The translations under genes and the position numbers were made by a program. Source: Candidatus Multivoradales bacterium (GTDB lineage: Bacteria; Acidobacteriota; Thermoanaerobaculia; Multivoradales; JAHEKO01). From it: DNA of 64,000 bases. Where the stretch lies: assembly GCA_965223855.1 (NCBI GenBank), contig CBDCXM010000009.1, forward strand, positions 1,952,001-2,016,000, in the 5' to 3' direction. The notes under the pieces are model-generated. The model was given only the letters and a program-made list of their open reading frames with translations, was not told the DNA's origin and searched no databases. Shown piece by piece: positions 20,456-31,393 of this stretch (positions are counted from its first letter, which is position 1; each line of letters begins with the position of its first letter).

Positions 20456-21959
20456 ATGAGCGAGCGTCAGGACGCCGCGCTCGAGCGGCTCGGTGCCGGT
20501 GCCTCGCTGGCGCTCGTCGGCAGCGGGATCGGCAGGGTCGTCAACTTCCTCGGCCAGGTCGTGCTGGCTCGCTTTCTGGGTCCCTGCCGGGCTGGGGCTC
20601 TATGCGCTGGGGTGGGGTGCCTTCCGCCTGCTGACCCTGCCAGCGACTCTCGGCCTCAACAACGGCGTCCAGCGCTACGGCTCGATCGCGCGCCGCCGCG
20701 GCGGTATTGGTGGACGTGCCCTGCTGCGCAAGGCGTGGTGGATCACCGGCATTGCCTCGACGCTGCTGGCGATCGGTATGCTGCTGTCGGTCGAGCGATG
20801 GGCGGCGCGGCTGTCGGACTCTCCGCAGCTCGTGCCGATCCTCGTCGCCTTCTCGTTCGCGGTGCCGGCGGCGGCGTGGCTGAGGGTCGGCGCGGCGGCG
20901 ACCCGCGTGTCTCAGGACCTGCGGGCATCGGTCGCCATCGAGGACTTCGGCCGGCCGTTCCTGTTCGCCGTGTTCGCCGCGGTGCTGCTGTGGGCGGGCT
21001 GGGGCGCCTTCGGCGCCGGGTTGGCGGCGACCCTGTCGTTCGTGGTCGCGGGCGCGGTGGCGGTCTACTGGGCGCGGCGGTGGTTCCCGCAACGGCCTGC
21101 GGGGGACCCGGCGGACGAGGACGGGGTCGGCACCCGGGAACTCATTGCCTACTCGGTGCCGACGGCGATGGCCGGCACGGTGACGGTGGCGATGACCTGG
21201 CTCGACCGGCTGCTGGTCGGGTTCTACATGAACGAGACGGCGGTCGGCTGGTACCAGGTCGCGGCCCAGGCGTCGGGGCTCTTCGCCGTCGTCATCGGCG
21301 CCTTCACCGCGATTTTCGCGCCGATGATCGCCGGGCTTCTGGAGGGAGGAGACCGGGAACAGCTCCAGGAGCTCTACCGCACGGCGACCAAGTGGGCGGT
21401 GCTGGCGGTCGTCCCGGGGGCGGTGCTGTGCCTCGGCTTCTCCGACGTCGCCGTCGATGCGGTGTTCGGCGCCGACTTCGCCCCGGCGGCCCTGCCGTTG
21501 GCGATCCTCGGTCTCGGCCAGCTGGCGAGCGTCGCGACCGGCGCGGTCGGCTTCCTGCTGATGATGGGCGGACGCCAGAACCTGTGGCTCGCGCTGTCGC
21601 TGCTGGCGGTCGCGGCGGACGTCGTCCTCAACATGGCGCTCATCCCGCGCTACGGCCTGCCGGGCGCGTCGGTGGCGACCTCGATCTCGGTGGCGCTGCT
21701 CTTCGGAGCTGGGCTCCTGGCGGTGCGGCGGTCGCTGAAGCTGTGGCCTTGGGATCGTCGATTCGTCGCGGTCGCCGTCGTCGTGCTCACCGCGTTCGCT
21801 GCGGCGCTCCTCTTTGCTCAGGTCAACCCGCTCGGCTCTAAGGCGACGGTGCTGGCGGTCCTGCTGGGCACCGGTCTGCTGACCCTCGCCGGTTGGCGGG
21901 CACTGAGCTTCGAGGAGGCCGACGACATCCTCGTGGCGAAACTCCTGAGACGGCGATGA
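20456..21959 (+). pseudogene. Wzx-type polysaccharide flippase, frameshifted near 20582-20585 (pseudogene or sequence error)
   Basis: The 20456 frame gives the flippase N-terminus (LARFLGP). The homologous continuation (AGLGLYAL...DRLLVG...LIPRYGLPGASVAT) is in the +1 frame after GGTCCCTGCCGGG. Confidence 0.75.
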
Positions 21960-22873
21960 GACCGCGGGTGCTCTACGTCGCCGGTCTCGGGCGAAGCGGC
22001 AGCACCCTCCTCGCCCGACTGCTCGCAGAGCTGCCAGGGACGGTCTCGGTGGGAGAGGCCCACCACCTGTGGCAGACCGGCGCGGTGCGCGCCGCCGGCG
22101 ACGAGCTGTGCGGCTGCGGTCGCACCTACCTCGAGTGCGGGTTCTGGACCGGGGTGCTCGAAGAGGCTCTGGGTGATCCCCTGCCGCTCGAGGAGATGCG
22201 GCGCCAGGCCGACGCCGTCGCCCGGATCCGCCGGATCCCGCGTCTCGAGCGCGGTGGCGATCCTCGCTTCGAAGGGGAGGTGCGCGAGTACGGCGAGGTC
22301 TGGCGGAGGATCTACGAGCACGTCGCCGGCGAAGACGGGAGCTGGGTGATCGACGTGTCGAAGGATCTCGGGCCCCTCTTCCTGCTCGCGAGGATCGAGC
22401 GGCTCGAACTGAGGATGCTCCATCTGGTGCGCGATCCGCGGGCCGTCGCGTACTCCTGGAGCACCCGCAAACGCCGGCCGGAGTTCCTCGATCGGGAGGC
22501 CTACCTCGACCGGCCCGGGCCGCTCGTGACTTCGGGGCGCTGGATCTACAGCAACCTGCTGGCGGAGCGCTTCACGCGACGGTTCCCCGAACAGTCGATG
22601 CGGCTTCGCTACGAGGACCTGGTGGCGCGGCCGCGCGAGGAGCTGGCGGCGATCGCCGACTGGCTGGGGCTCGAAGGGCGGCCGAACTTCCGCAACGAGA
22701 CGACCGTCGTCCTCGAGAGCAGGAGCTGCCTGATCTCGGGCAATCCGATGCGGTTCGGCGGCGACACGCTGACGATCGCCGCCGACGAACGCTGGAAGGA
22801 CGCCATGCCGGCGTTCACGCGAGCGGCCGTGGCTGCGGCGACGTGGCCGTGGCGACGCCGGTACGCTTACTGA
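21956..22873 (+). CDS. Sulfotransferase (PAPS-dependent)
   Basis: GLGRSGSTLL 5'-PSB loop, HLVRDPRAVAYS 3'-PB motif, LRYEDLV. Confidence 0.9.
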   Translation: MRPRVLYVAGLGRSGSTLLARLLAELPGTVSVGEAHHLWQTGAVRAAGDELCGCGRTYLECGFWTGVLEEALGDPLPLEEMRRQADAVARIRRIPRLERGGDPRFEGEVREYGEVWRRIYEHVAGEDGSWVIDVSKDLGPLFLLARIERLELRMLHLVRDPRAVAYSWSTRKRRPEFLDREAYLDRPGPLVTSGRWIYSNLLAERFTRRFPEQSMRLRYEDLVARPREELAAIADWLGLEGRPNFRNETTVVLESRSCLISGNPMRFGGDTLTIAADERWKDAMPAFTRAAVAAATWPWRRRYAY

Positions 22874-22876
22874 GCG

Positions 22877-24055
22877 ATGACGATGCCGGCGGCGGAGAAG
22901 TCGGGGATCGGCGGGCGGGCGGCCGCCGACTTCGTGATCCTCTCGTCGGTGCACTTTCACTTCACCTGGCAGCGCCATCAGGAGATCGCCGCCGGCCTCG
23001 CCGCCAGGGGGCACCGGGTGCAGTTCGTCGAGCCGATCCCGAAGCGGTGGCCGCGGGTGACCGAGATGGGGCGCGTCGTCGCCCGGCTCGGCGGTCGCTC
23101 GGTCGAGGCCGGCTCGGTCGGGCAGCAGGTGCCCGCCGGCGTCGAGCTCTACAACCTCAGGGCGCTTCCCGATGTCGGTCCGGCGAGCCGGTGGATCAAC
23201 CGGCGATGGTTCGTGCCGCGGGCCGCGAAGGAGCTCGAACGGCGACTGGGCCCGCCACGCCGCCGCACCCGTGTGGTGTGGCACTATCTGCCGCTGCCGG
23301 CGGCGATCGAGCTCGCCGAGCGGCTCGCTCCCGATCTGGAGGTCTACGATTGTGTGTGGGACTGGGCGCGAGACCCGTACTCGGCCCCGGGAGTGACCTG
23401 TGAGGAGCGCCTGGTCGATCGGGTCGATGCCGTCTTCGCCGACTCGCCGTTCCTGACCGAGCGTTTGCGCGCGCGCCATCCGCGGGTGCACCGGCTGATG
23501 CCGGGCGTCGATCCGGCTCGCTGGGAGCCGGCACGCACCGTGCGCGAGCGCAGCTCCCGGCCGCAGTGCGCCTACTTCGGCGCCATCGGCGCCAACCTCG
23601 ACCTCGAGCTGCTGGAAGCGGTAGCGGCTGAGTTTCCTCTACGCCTGATCGGGCCTGTGCAGGTCGAGCTCGGCCGCGCGCTCGGGGAGACGGCCGAGCT
23701 CGTCGGTGCGGTCCCGGCGGCGGAGGTCGCCGCGCTGCTGGCCGACGTCGACGTCCTGGTGCTGCCCTACCGGCGCGGAGGGCATGTCCGCGGGGTGCTG
23801 CCGGCCAAGACCTTCGAGTGTCTGGCGACCGGCAAGCCGGTGGTGACGAGTGGTCTCGACAGCCTGGAGGAGTTCGGCGAGGCGTTCGCCCGGGCCGAGG
23901 GGGCCGAAGCGTTCGTCGCCCGGGTGCGCGAGGTGGCGGGCGATCCGGTTGCCAGCCGAGAAGAGCGCCTGGAGTTGGCGCGCCGACAGGACTGGGCGCA
24001 GCGCATCGACGCCGTCGAGGCGGTCGTCGCCGACCTGCTGGGAGAGCGAAGCTGA
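22877..24055 (+). CDS. Glycosyltransferase, GT-B fold (GT4/TuaH-like)
   Basis: WQRHQEIA, VYDCVWDW, PAKTFECLATGKPVV. Confidence 0.85.
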   Translation: MTMPAAEKSGIGGRAAADFVILSSVHFHFTWQRHQEIAAGLAARGHRVQFVEPIPKRWPRVTEMGRVVARLGGRSVEAGSVGQQVPAGVELYNLRALPDVGPASRWINRRWFVPRAAKELERRLGPPRRRTRVVWHYLPLPAAIELAERLAPDLEVYDCVWDWARDPYSAPGVTCEERLVDRVDAVFADSPFLTERLRARHPRVHRLMPGVDPARWEPARTVRERSSRPQCAYFGAIGANLDLELLEAVAAEFPLRLIGPVQVELGRALGETAELVGAVPAAEVAALLADVDVLVLPYRRGGHVRGVLPAKTFECLATGKPVVTSGLDSLEEFGEAFARAEGAEAFVARVREVAGDPVASREERLELARRQDWAQRIDAVEAVVADLLGERS

Positions 24056-24822
24056 AGATCTCCCTGTTGGGCCTCGAGCTCGACGCGCTCACCCGCGAAG
24101 AGCTGGAGGCGGGGATCGTCGAGGCGATCGACTCGGGCCGCCGCCGGGTCGTCGGTCATCAGAACCTGCACGGCCTGGCGGTGGCGCGTCGCGAGCCGGT
24201 CATGGGCCGCTTCGCGAGCCAGGCCGACGTCGTGTTCCTCGACGGCATGGCCCTTGTGGCGATGGCGCGCGGTCTCGGCTACCAGCTCTCCCGTCGCCAT
24301 CGGGTGACCTATGCCGACTGGATCGACCCGCTGATGGCGCTCGCCGGCCGGCAGGGTTGGCGGGTCTTCCACCTCGGCGGGCGCGACGGCGTCGGCGAAC
24401 GGGCGGCCGCGAGCCTCGTTTCCCGGCATCCCGGCCTCGACCTGCTGACGGTACCCGGCCACCTCGACGCGGAGAGTACGGCGCAGGTGGTCGACCGGAT
24501 CCGGGCCGAGAAGCCGCAGCTGCTGCTCGTCGGCATGGGCATGCCGCGGCAGGAGCGCTTCGTGCTCGACCATCTGGAGGAGCTGCCGCGAGCTGCGATC
24601 CTCACTTGCGGCGCCTGCATGGACTATGTGGCGGGCGAGATCCCGACACCGCCCAGGTGGTCGGGCCGGATCGGGCTCGAGTGGCTGTTCCGCTGGGCTG
24701 CGGAGCCGAGGCGGTTGAGCGGACGCTACTTCGTCGAGCCGTGGCCGCTCGCCGTGCGCTATTTGCGAGAATGGCGGCATCGAAGGGCAGGCGGGCATCG
24801 AGACGGAGACGAGGATGGCTGA
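24052..24822 (+). CDS. WecB/TagA/CpsF (GT26) glycosyltransferase
   Basis: NLHG, FLDGM, LLVGMGMPRQE, GLEWLFRWAAEPRRLSGRY. Start uncertain (CTG 24052 or TTG 24067). Confidence 0.85.
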   Translation: MKISLLGLELDALTREELEAGIVEAIDSGRRRVVGHQNLHGLAVARREPVMGRFASQADVVFLDGMALVAMARGLGYQLSRRHRVTYADWIDPLMALAGRQGWRVFHLGGRDGVGERAAASLVSRHPGLDLLTVPGHLDAESTAQVVDRIRAEKPQLLLVGMGMPRQERFVLDHLEELPRAAILTCGACMDYVAGEIPTPPRWSGRIGLEWLFRWAAEPRRLSGRYFVEPWPLAVRYLREWRHRRAGGHRDGDEDG

Positions 24823-26245
24823 CGGGGGGCGGCGCCTCACCGCACCACGCGTGAGCGCTGCGCGCTGGCCGCGCACCGCCCGTGTCGTGGTCCTCCTGCT
24901 CGTCGACGGCCTCGCGATCTTCGCCGCCTCGGCGATCGCCTACCTGTTGTGGGCGCTGCCGGTGCACGGACAGTTGCCGAGTCTCTACCTGCAGTTGCTG
25001 CCGCTGCTCCCGGCGTTCTTCCTCTCGAACGCCCTGTGGGGGCTCTATCCGGGCTTCGGCGCCGGGGCGGTCGAGACCCTGCGGCGGCTGTGCCTGAGTT
25101 CGAGCGCGATTTTTCTCGTGCTCGCCGCCGTGAGCTTCGCCCTCAAGGTCGAGCCGATCTACTCGCGCATGACGTTCGGCCTTGCCTGGCTCTTCACCCT
25201 GGTGCTGCTGCCGCTCCTGAGGTTCGGTCTGCTGTCGGCGGCGCAACATTGGAGATGGTGGGGTGAACCGTGCGTCGTCGTCGGCACCGGAGAGCTGGCG
25301 AGGCGCACGGTCGAGGCTCTGGAAGAGGCACTTTCGCTCGGCTACCGCCCGGCGGCGGTGCTGCGTCTCGACGACCAGGACGGCGGGGACGCGGCGGCAG
25401 GGCTTCCGACCCTCGCTTCGGCGCCCGGTCTGGCGGCGACAGGGATGCGGGTAGCGCTCGTCGCCGATCCACGGCTCGAGAGAGAGCCGGAGCGGATCGA
25501 TGCGCTCCGCCACGACTTCCGGCATGTCGTCCTCATCCGCGATCATGCCTCGCTGCCGGTCGACGGGCTCGAAGTGCACAACTTCGGCGCTGTCATCGGC
25601 GTGGAGTTCGTCAACCAGCTCCGGCGGCGGCGCAACCGCGCCTTGAAGCGGGGGCTCGATCTGACGTTGGGAAGCGTGCTCCTGGTCCTCACCACACCGC
25701 TGCTCCTGGGCGCGGCGGCGCTGATGCGCTTTCGCCACGGCCGACCGGTGTTCTATCGCCAGCTTCGAGAGGGGCGCGGCGGCAAGCTCTTCGATCTGGT
25801 GAAGCTGCGCACGATGCACACCGATGCCGAAGCGAGGCTCGAGCGATATCTGGAGACCAACCCGGAGGCGCGGGAGGAGTGGGAGTACCGCCACAAGCTC
25901 GTCGATGATCCCCGAGTGCTCCCCGCCGGCCGCTTCCTGCGCCGTTGGAGCCTCGACGAGCTGCCTCAGCTCTGGCATGTCGTGAGAGGCCAGATGAGCC
26001 TCGTCGGCCCGCGCCCGTTTCCCGACTACCACCTCGAGCGCCTGCCCGAGCGCTTCCGAGAGCTTCGCCGCCGCGTCCGCCCCGGCCTCACCGGCCTGTG
26101 GCAGGTCATGGTCCGCGGCGACGGTGGCTCCGCCGAACAGCAGTCGTACGACGCCTACTACATCCGCAACTGGTCTCCCTGGCTGGACCTCTACGTTCTC
26201 GGCAAGACCCTCGCAGCCGTCCTCCGCGGCCGCGGAGCGTTCTGA
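24815..26245 (+). CDS. Undecaprenyl-phosphate sugar phosphotransferase (WbaP-like priming glycosyltransferase)
   Basis: N-terminal TM domain, KRGLDL, KLRTM, DDPRV, SLDELPQL, MSLVGPRP, PGLTGLWQV, YIRNWS. Confidence 0.9.
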   Translation: MADGGRRLTAPRVSAARWPRTARVVVLLLVDGLAIFAASAIAYLLWALPVHGQLPSLYLQLLPLLPAFFLSNALWGLYPGFGAGAVETLRRLCLSSSAIFLVLAAVSFALKVEPIYSRMTFGLAWLFTLVLLPLLRFGLLSAAQHWRWWGEPCVVVGTGELARRTVEALEEALSLGYRPAAVLRLDDQDGGDAAAGLPTLASAPGLAATGMRVALVADPRLEREPERIDALRHDFRHVVLIRDHASLPVDGLEVHNFGAVIGVEFVNQLRRRRNRALKRGLDLTLGSVLLVLTTPLLLGAAALMRFRHGRPVFYRQLREGRGGKLFDLVKLRTMHTDAEARLERYLETNPEAREEWEYRHKLVDDPRVLPAGRFLRRWSLDELPQLWHVVRGQMSLVGPRPFPDYHLERLPERFRELRRRVRPGLTGLWQVMVRGDGGSAEQQSYDAYYIRNWSPWLDLYVLGKTLAAVLRGRGAF

Positions 26246-26274
26246 AGGCGAGTCTTCACCGCCGCGGCGACCGG

Positions 26275-26438
26275 CCCCTGGCCGGGTGCCAGGTGAATGT
26301 TCAGTGGGTGAGGGTCCCGCAGCGACTGGCCCCCTGGCCGGGTGCCAGGTGAATGTTCGGTGGTCCCCCCCTGGCCGGGTGCCAGGTGAATGTTCGGTGG
26401 TCCCCCTGGGCCGGGTGCCAGGTGAATGTTCGGTGGTC
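26275..26438 (+). repeat. Direct-repeat cluster 1: 4 copies of CCCCTGGCCGGGTGCCAGGTGAATGTTC(G/A)GTGG
   Basis: Core GGTGCCAGGTGAATGT at 26285, 26341, 26378 and 26414. Confidence 0.9.
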
Positions 26439-26605
26439 CGGATGGATCACGTCCGAGGTTCGACGCCACGACTTCGGTAGCTTGCTCCTCAGCTCTTCCA
26501 GCCAGGGCAAGAAGGCGCCCTTTCGCGATGGCGCCACGAATCGACTGCCTCACCTGAGAGCCGTTTCTCGGCATCTCTCAGGCCTCGCCTCGCAGGGCCC
26601 TGGAG

Positions 26606-26743
26606 CAGGTGCCAGGTGAATGTCGGTGCCAGGTGAATGTCGGTACCAGAGCAGGTGCCAGGCGAATGTTCGCCCCCTAAGACAGGTGCCAGGTGAATGT
26701 TCGCTGGTTCGAGGGACCCGGAACCAGGTGCCAGGTACATGTC
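26606..26743 (+). repeat. Direct-repeat cluster 2: 5 copies of (CA)GGTGCCAGG(T/C)GAATGT and variants
   Basis: Cores at 26608, 26625, 26654, 26685 and 26727 (last copy reads GGTGCCAGGTACATGT). Confidence 0.9.
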
Positions 26744-26791
26744 GGCGGCACGAGTAGACGAGAATCTTAGCGTCTTGCACTAAGGATAGGG

Positions 26792-26820
26792 TTGACAACG
26801 GCCCTCTCAGGTCATAATCT
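26792..26820 (+). promoter_or_regulatory. Sigma70-type promoter of groESL
   Basis: TTGACA (26792)-N17-TAATCT (26815), immediately upstream of CIRCE. Confidence 0.7.
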
Positions 26821-26847
26821 TTAGCACTCGTCGGTGGAGAGTGCTGA
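26821..26847 (+). promoter_or_regulatory. CIRCE element (HrcA operator)
   Basis: TTAGCACTC-N9-GAGTGCTGA, one mismatch to the consensus TTAGCACTC-N9-GAGTGCTAA, upstream of groES. Confidence 0.95.
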
Positions 26848-26925
26848 CACCGGCCAGTCCTAGAGTCGTAACCCACTCCAAAACAACAAGTTGGACGTAT
26901 TGAAACCAACGGGAGGAGTCTGCAC

Positions 26926-27219
26926 GTGTCTGTAAACGTTCGCCCCTTGCACGATCGGGTGCTGGTCAAGCGCCTCGAACTCGAAGAAGAGGTCCGCGGC
27001 GGGATCATCATTCCCGACACCGCGAAGGAGAAGCCGCAGGAGGCCGAGGTGATCGCCGTCGGCCCCGGAAAGTTGCAGGAAGACGGCGGCCGGCAGCCGA
27101 TGGACGTCAACGCGGGTGACCGCGTGCTCGTCGGCAAGTACTCCGGCAGCGACATCAAGATCGACGGTGACAACTACGTGATCCTGCGCGAGGACGAGAT
27201 CCTCGCCGTCGTCGGCTGA
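26926..27219 (+). CDS. groES: Co-chaperonin GroES
   Basis: [28 protein letters not shown]; GGGAGGAG SD. Confidence 0.98.
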   Translation: MSVNVRPLHDRVLVKRLELEEEVRGGIIIPDTAKEKPQEAEVIAVGPGKLQEDGGRQPMDVNAGDRVLVGKYSGSDIKIDGDNYVILREDEILAVVG

Positions 27220-27260
27220 GCCGGCGCCGGGATCCGCTGAAACGAATTCAGGGAGGCTAG

Positions 27261-29880
<2,620 letters not shown>

Positions 29881-30046
29881 TCTTGGCAAGGCCCTGACCG
29901 CCCCGGAGCAGCAGAGCGAGAGGGCGGGGGCTGGTTAACTGCAAAATTGACCCGAGTGCATACCGTGTGATGGGCTTGGAGAGGTATTTGGCGAGAACCA
30001 ACTATGTTCGGGAAGAGCGTTCCCGATGCCTGGCTTGGAGGCCAAG

Positions 30047-31393
30047 ATGAAGCTGATGCCCAGAGGTCTGTTTGTGTCCTGTTTGCTGGCCTGTCTTGCT
30101 CCTCTCGGGGTGACGGCAAGCACCTATGAGGTGATCACCTACGGCGCACTTTGCGACGGTGCCGCTGACGACACTGTTGCCATCCAGGCCGCGATCGATG
30201 CGGCGGAGGCGAGCGGGGGCAGGGTCCTCTTCCCCTCGGGTACCTGCCTCGTGGGAGGGCCTTTGACGGTGGATGGAGCCTCCGGCGTGTATCTGGAGGG
30301 CAGGGGAGCTGGAGCTTCGGTTCTCAAGAGGATGAGCGGTAGCTACAGCGGCTCGACCGTCATGCTCACGTTCTCCTACATGGACGACTCCGGAGCCAGA
30401 GGCTTGACCCTCGACGGCAACAAGTCCGGCGTGACTGGCGGGAGCCATACGAACCTCAAGCTGGTGTACGGGTCTCGCCTCAGGTTCTCGGAGCTGTCGC
30501 TCGTCGACGGTGCCGGCAACGGCTTGTTCGTCTACGGCACCGAGGACGTGGTGTTTAGTACAACCGACTTCCGCGACATCACTCAGGATGCGGTCTATCT
30601 GGGCCACTACTGGAACGACCTCAGGATCGTCGATAGCAGTTTCGTCGGTACCGGTGGGCGAGCCATCTACCACTACGCTGGAGGCGCATCCAGTCCTTCC
30701 TCCGGTCTGATCGTTGCGAGAAACACGTTCGACCAATCCGCTGGGGCGGAGGCGATGCTGGCGACCTGGAGCGGCGGCCTTACGGACGCGCTCGTGACGG
30801 CCAATGTCGTGCGAGACGGCGATCTCCGCTTCTACCGGGCGGATGGACTCACCGTATCGGCGAATCAGATCGATGGGGCAGGAATCGTCTTCTCGTACGG
30901 GTTACCGGGTCCCGTAGTGGTTTCAGGGAACACTGTCGAGAATGGCGGAGGGTACGGCCTGAGCGTGAGCGGTCTCAGCGGGGCGACATCGGATCTGTTC
31001 CAGATCTCGGTTGTCGGCAACAGATTCCTCAGCGACCACGGAGGCATGAAGTTCAGCCACGGCCAGAATCTACTCCTGTCGGGCAATGTGGTGGGTCCGA
31101 TCTCGGCTCCGGTCCCGGGTTTGGGTCAGGGGATTCTCGTCTCCGCGAACGAATCGATGACCGGCCTCCTAATCTCCGACAACACGGTGGAAGGGATGAA
31201 GTCGGGGATTGTGGTTGGCCCCTACTCGACCAAGCCTGCCAACGTGGACGGCGTCCTCATCAGCGGCAACATCATCCGATCAGGGGTCTCCGGCGCCTCC
31301 GGCGTTTCGGTGATCGAGGGCCCGAACTCTGCTGGCGGAACGACGACCAACTACAGTGTCGAGGGCAACCTCGAAGTCTTCTTCACGCCATGA
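30047..31393 (+). CDS. Secreted right-handed parallel beta-helix protein (Pectate_lyase_3/GH55/GH28-like N-terminus)
   Basis: Signal peptide; YGALCDGAADDTVAIQAAIDAA..GGRVLFPSG; repeated ISGN/SDNT turns; GGAGG SD before ATG 30047. Confidence 0.85.
   Translation: MKLMPRGLFVSCLLACLAPLGVTASTYEVITYGALCDGAADDTVAIQAAIDAAEASGGRVLFPSGTCLVGGPLTVDGASGVYLEGRGAGASVLKRMSGSYSGSTVMLTFSYMDDSGARGLTLDGNKSGVTGGSHTNLKLVYGSRLRFSELSLVDGAGNGLFVYGTEDVVFSTTDFRDITQDAVYLGHYWNDLRIVDSSFVGTGGRAIYHYAGGASSPSSGLIVARNTFDQSAGAEAMLATWSGGLTDALVTANVVRDGDLRFYRADGLTVSANQIDGAGIVFSYGLPGPVVVSGNTVENGGGYGLSVSGLSGATSDLFQISVVGNRFLSDHGGMKFSHGQNLLLSGNVVGPISAPVPGLGQGILVSANESMTGLLISDNTVEGMKSGIVVGPYSTKPANVDGVLISGNIIRSGVSGASGVSVIEGPNSAGGTTTNYSVEGNLEVFFTP

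Noticed and set aside
20456-21841. 461-aa ORF as a separate gene
   Set aside because: Only the first 43 or so codons are flippase-like; the rest is out-of-frame Arg/Gly-rich read-through after the frameshift.
26275-26743. CRISPR array interpretation of the short direct repeats
   Set aside because: Spacing is irregular (17-56 bp), intervening sequences are partly repeated rather than unique spacers, and no cas genes are in the window.
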